Positions 34,948 to 36,974 of a DNA stretch of 36,974 nucleotides are shown here, one piece after another. Source of the stretch: Clostridia bacterium (GTDB taxonomy: Bacteria > Bacillota > Clostridia > UMGS1840); the NCBI GenBank assembly GCA_017549265.1, contig JAFYVF010000008.1, positions 1-36,974 of the forward strand. The letters run 5' to 3'. Both the position numbers and the translations under genes were made by a program. How positions within the stretch are numbered: position 1 is the first letter of the stretch; each line of letters opens with the position of its first letter. The notes beneath the pieces are model-generated. The model was not told the origin of the DNA. It saw only the letters and a program-made list of their open reading frames with translations, and searched no databases.

Positions 34948-36974
34948 ATGGATACTCAAATGTTTGAAAATGAACATATTGTTCCGGTTGATTTGGTCCA
35001 TGAGATGAAATCTGCCTATCTGGCATATTCCATGTCGGTTATCGTGGCAAGAGCTTTGCCCGATGTGCGGGATGGTTTGAAACCGGTACACAGAAGAATT
35101 TTATATACTATGCACGAAGACGGGTTAACCCCCGAAAAAGCATACAGAAAATGTGCGACTACCGTTGGTGACGTGTTAGGTCGTTACCATCCTCACGGTG
35201 ACGCATCCGTTTATGATGCCTTGGTTCGTTTAGCACAGGACTTTTCCCTTCGTTATCCGTTAGTAGACGGTCAGGGGAACTTCGGTTCTATTGACGGGGA
35301 CCCTGCTGCTGCTTATCGTTACACCGAAGCAAGAATGGCTCGCTTAGCACAGCTGATGCTAAAAGAAATCGACAAAGAAACCGTTGATTTTGCGCCCAAC
35401 TTTGATGAGCGTTTAAAAGAACCCACCGTATTACCCTCCCGTTTCCCCAACTTATTGGTAAATGGTTCTGCAGGGATTGCGGTTGGTATGGCAACCAACA
35501 TTCCGCCTCATAACTTAACCGAATGTATTGATGCTATTTGTGCCACCATTGATAATCCTGAAATCACCATCGAAGAAATTATGGAATATATCAAAGGTCC
35601 CGATTTCCCCACCGCAGGTAACATTATGGGAAAAAGCGGCATCCGTTCCTATTTCCAGACAGGTCGAGGCAAGGTTATCGTTCGTGCTCAGGCAGAAATT
35701 GAAGATGACGGAAACCGTCAGAGAATTATTGTAACCGAACTGCCCTATCAGGTGAACAAAGCTCGTCTGATTGAAAAAATTGCAGAATTGGTGCACGAAA
35801 AACGTCTGGAAGGTATTGCAGACCTTCGTGATGAATCCGACAAGGATGTTGGCGTTCGTATCGTAATCGAAGTGAAAAAAGATGCGGCGGCAAACATTGT
35901 GTTAAATAACCTCTATAAATACACGCAGATGCAGGATACCTTCGGGGTAATTATGTTAGCCCTGGTTGACGGTCAGCCCAAGGTGTTAAACATCCGTGAA
36001 GTGTTGGATTGCTACATCAATCATCAGAAAGACATTATCGTAAGAAGAACTATTTACGATAAACGTAAAGCAGAAGCAAGAGCTCACATTTTGGAAGGCC
36101 TAAAGAAAGCATTGGATCATATCGACGAAGTTATCGCCACCATCCGTGCTTCCTATAACAATGCGAAAGAAAACTTGGTGGAAAAATTCGGCTTCACCGA
36201 AATTCAGGCTCAGGCAATTTTGGATATGAGACTTCAGAAATTGCAAGGCTTGGAAAAAGAAAAAATCGAAAACGAACTGGCTGAAATTATTAAGCAAATT
36301 GCTTATTACACCGAAATTTTATCTTCCGAACAGATGGTATTAGACATCATCAAAACCGAGCTGGGTGAAATCAAAGATAAATATGGTGACGCTCGTCGCA
36401 CCAAAATCACCTTTGATTATTCTCAGATTGATGATGAAGACTTAATCGAAGAAGAAGAAATGGTAATTTCCTTAACCCACTTAGGTTATGTGAAACGTCA
36501 GCCTACCGACACCTTCAAAAGTCAGCACAGAGGCGGACGCGGTATTGCAGGTCTGTCTACCCGTGAAGAAGACTTTGTGGAAGAGTTGTTTGTTACTTCT
36601 ACCCATAACTACATTCTGTTCTTTACCAATACAGGCAGAGTGTTTAAATTAAAAGCATATCAGATTCCCGAAGCATCCCGTACCGCAAAAGGTACCGCAA
36701 TTGTGAACTTACTCAATTTAGAGCCGGGTGAAACCATTTCGGCAACCATTCCTATGAGAGGCTTCGAAGAAGATAAATATCTGGTAATGACCACCAAAAA
36801 CGGTGTTATCAAGAAAACCGAACTGATGGAATACGACACCAACCGTTCCGGCGGTCTTCGTGCTATCGCAATGGACGAGGATGACGAGCTGATGCAGGTT
36901 AAGATTGTCACCGACGATCAGGAAGTGGTATTGACCACCTACTTAGGTATGTCTATCCGCTTTAAAATCAGCGA
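34948..36974 (+). CDS. gyrA: DNA gyrase subunit A (partial; continues beyond the window end)
   Basis: This gene is not in the ORF track because no stop falls in the window. The ATG at 34948 has an AAGGAAG RBS. Hand translation gives [53 protein letters not shown] and [13 protein letters not shown] (active-site Tyr region). Confidence 0.95.
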   Translation, partial: MDTQMFENEHIVPVDLVHEMKSAYLAYSMSVIVARALPDVRDGLKPVHRRILYTMHEDGLTPEKAYRKCATTVGDVLGRYHPHGDASVYDALVRLAQDFSLRYPLVDGQGNFGSIDGDPAAAYRYTEARMARLAQLMLKEIDKETVDFAPNFDERLKEPTVLPSRFPNLLVNGSAGIAVGMATNIPPHNLTECIDAICATIDNPEITIEEIMEYIKGPDFPTAGNIMGKSGIRSYFQTGRGKVIVRAQAEIEDDGNRQRIIVTELPYQVNKARLIEKIAELVHEKRLEGIADLRDESDKDVGVRIVIEVKKDAAANIVLNNLYKYTQMQDTFGVIMLALVDGQPKVLNIREVLDCYINHQKDIIVRRTIYDKRKAEARAHILEGLKKALDHIDEVIATIRASYNNAKENLVEKFGFTEIQAQAILDMRLQKLQGLEKEKIENELAEIIKQIAYYTEILSSEQMVLDIIKTELGEIKDKYGDARRTKITFDYSQIDDEDLIEEEEMVISLTHLGYVKRQPTDTFKSQHRGGRGIAGLSTREEDFVEELFVTSTHNYILFFTNTGRVFKLKAYQIPEASRTAKGTAIVNLLNLEPGETISATIPMRGFEEDKYLVMTTKNGVIKKTELMEYDTNRSGGLRAIAMDEDDELMQVKIVTDDQEVVLTTYLGMSIRFKIS

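Overview
This 36.97-kb window is a chromosomal segment from a low/mid-GC Gram-positive bacterium. Gene content points to Bacillota, Clostridia-like: CIRCE-controlled groES-groEL, NfnAB, GTP-dependent PEP carboxykinase, remB-gyrB-gyrA and strong GGAGG-type RBSs. I call 30 plausible protein genes plus 1 doubtful ORF. One gene, gyrA, runs off the 3' end and is absent from the ORF track. There are also two stand-alone minus-strand tRNA genes (Ser-CGA, Arg-ACG), a perfect CIRCE operator, sigma-A-type promoters, rho-independent terminators, one in-frame 24-nt tandem repeat and a pair of REP-like hairpins. Several ORF-track N-termini are shortened on RBS and promoter evidence (rnj, recD2, mutS2, remB, the DUF2344 gene, and two genes in the 21.8-24 kb cluster). 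Content is mostly housekeeping. I see no CRISPR array, integrase, transposase, phage genes or recognisable defence system. The best candidate for something new is the minus-strand envelope operon rnj-murT-gatD-femX-DUF2344-(GT4::CsaB). Its GatD homologue keeps the family scaffold motifs but has Ala at the nucleophile Cys position and Ser at the catalytic His position. MurT keeps its ATP, Mg and zinc-ribbon motifs, and a FemAB-family transferase overlaps the gatD stop. This looks like a glutaminase-dead MurT/GatD module that either uses free ammonia or attaches something other than NH3 to the stem-peptide D-Glu. Second-tier observations are listed here. (1) Two diverged paralogous single-pass membrane proteins bracket a GT4 glycosyltransferase and an acidic lipoprotein, next to tRNA-Arg. 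(2) A long 5'-terminal inverted repeat sits in the leader of that cluster. (3) A convergent REP-like hairpin pair shows compensatory stem changes. (4) A zinc-ribbon/Pro-Gln repeat/polytopic membrane protein carries a slippage-prone 24-nt repeat. (5) An AT-rich block abuts the 3' end of tRNA-Ser. All functional calls rest on motif recognition by eye and from memory, with no database search.
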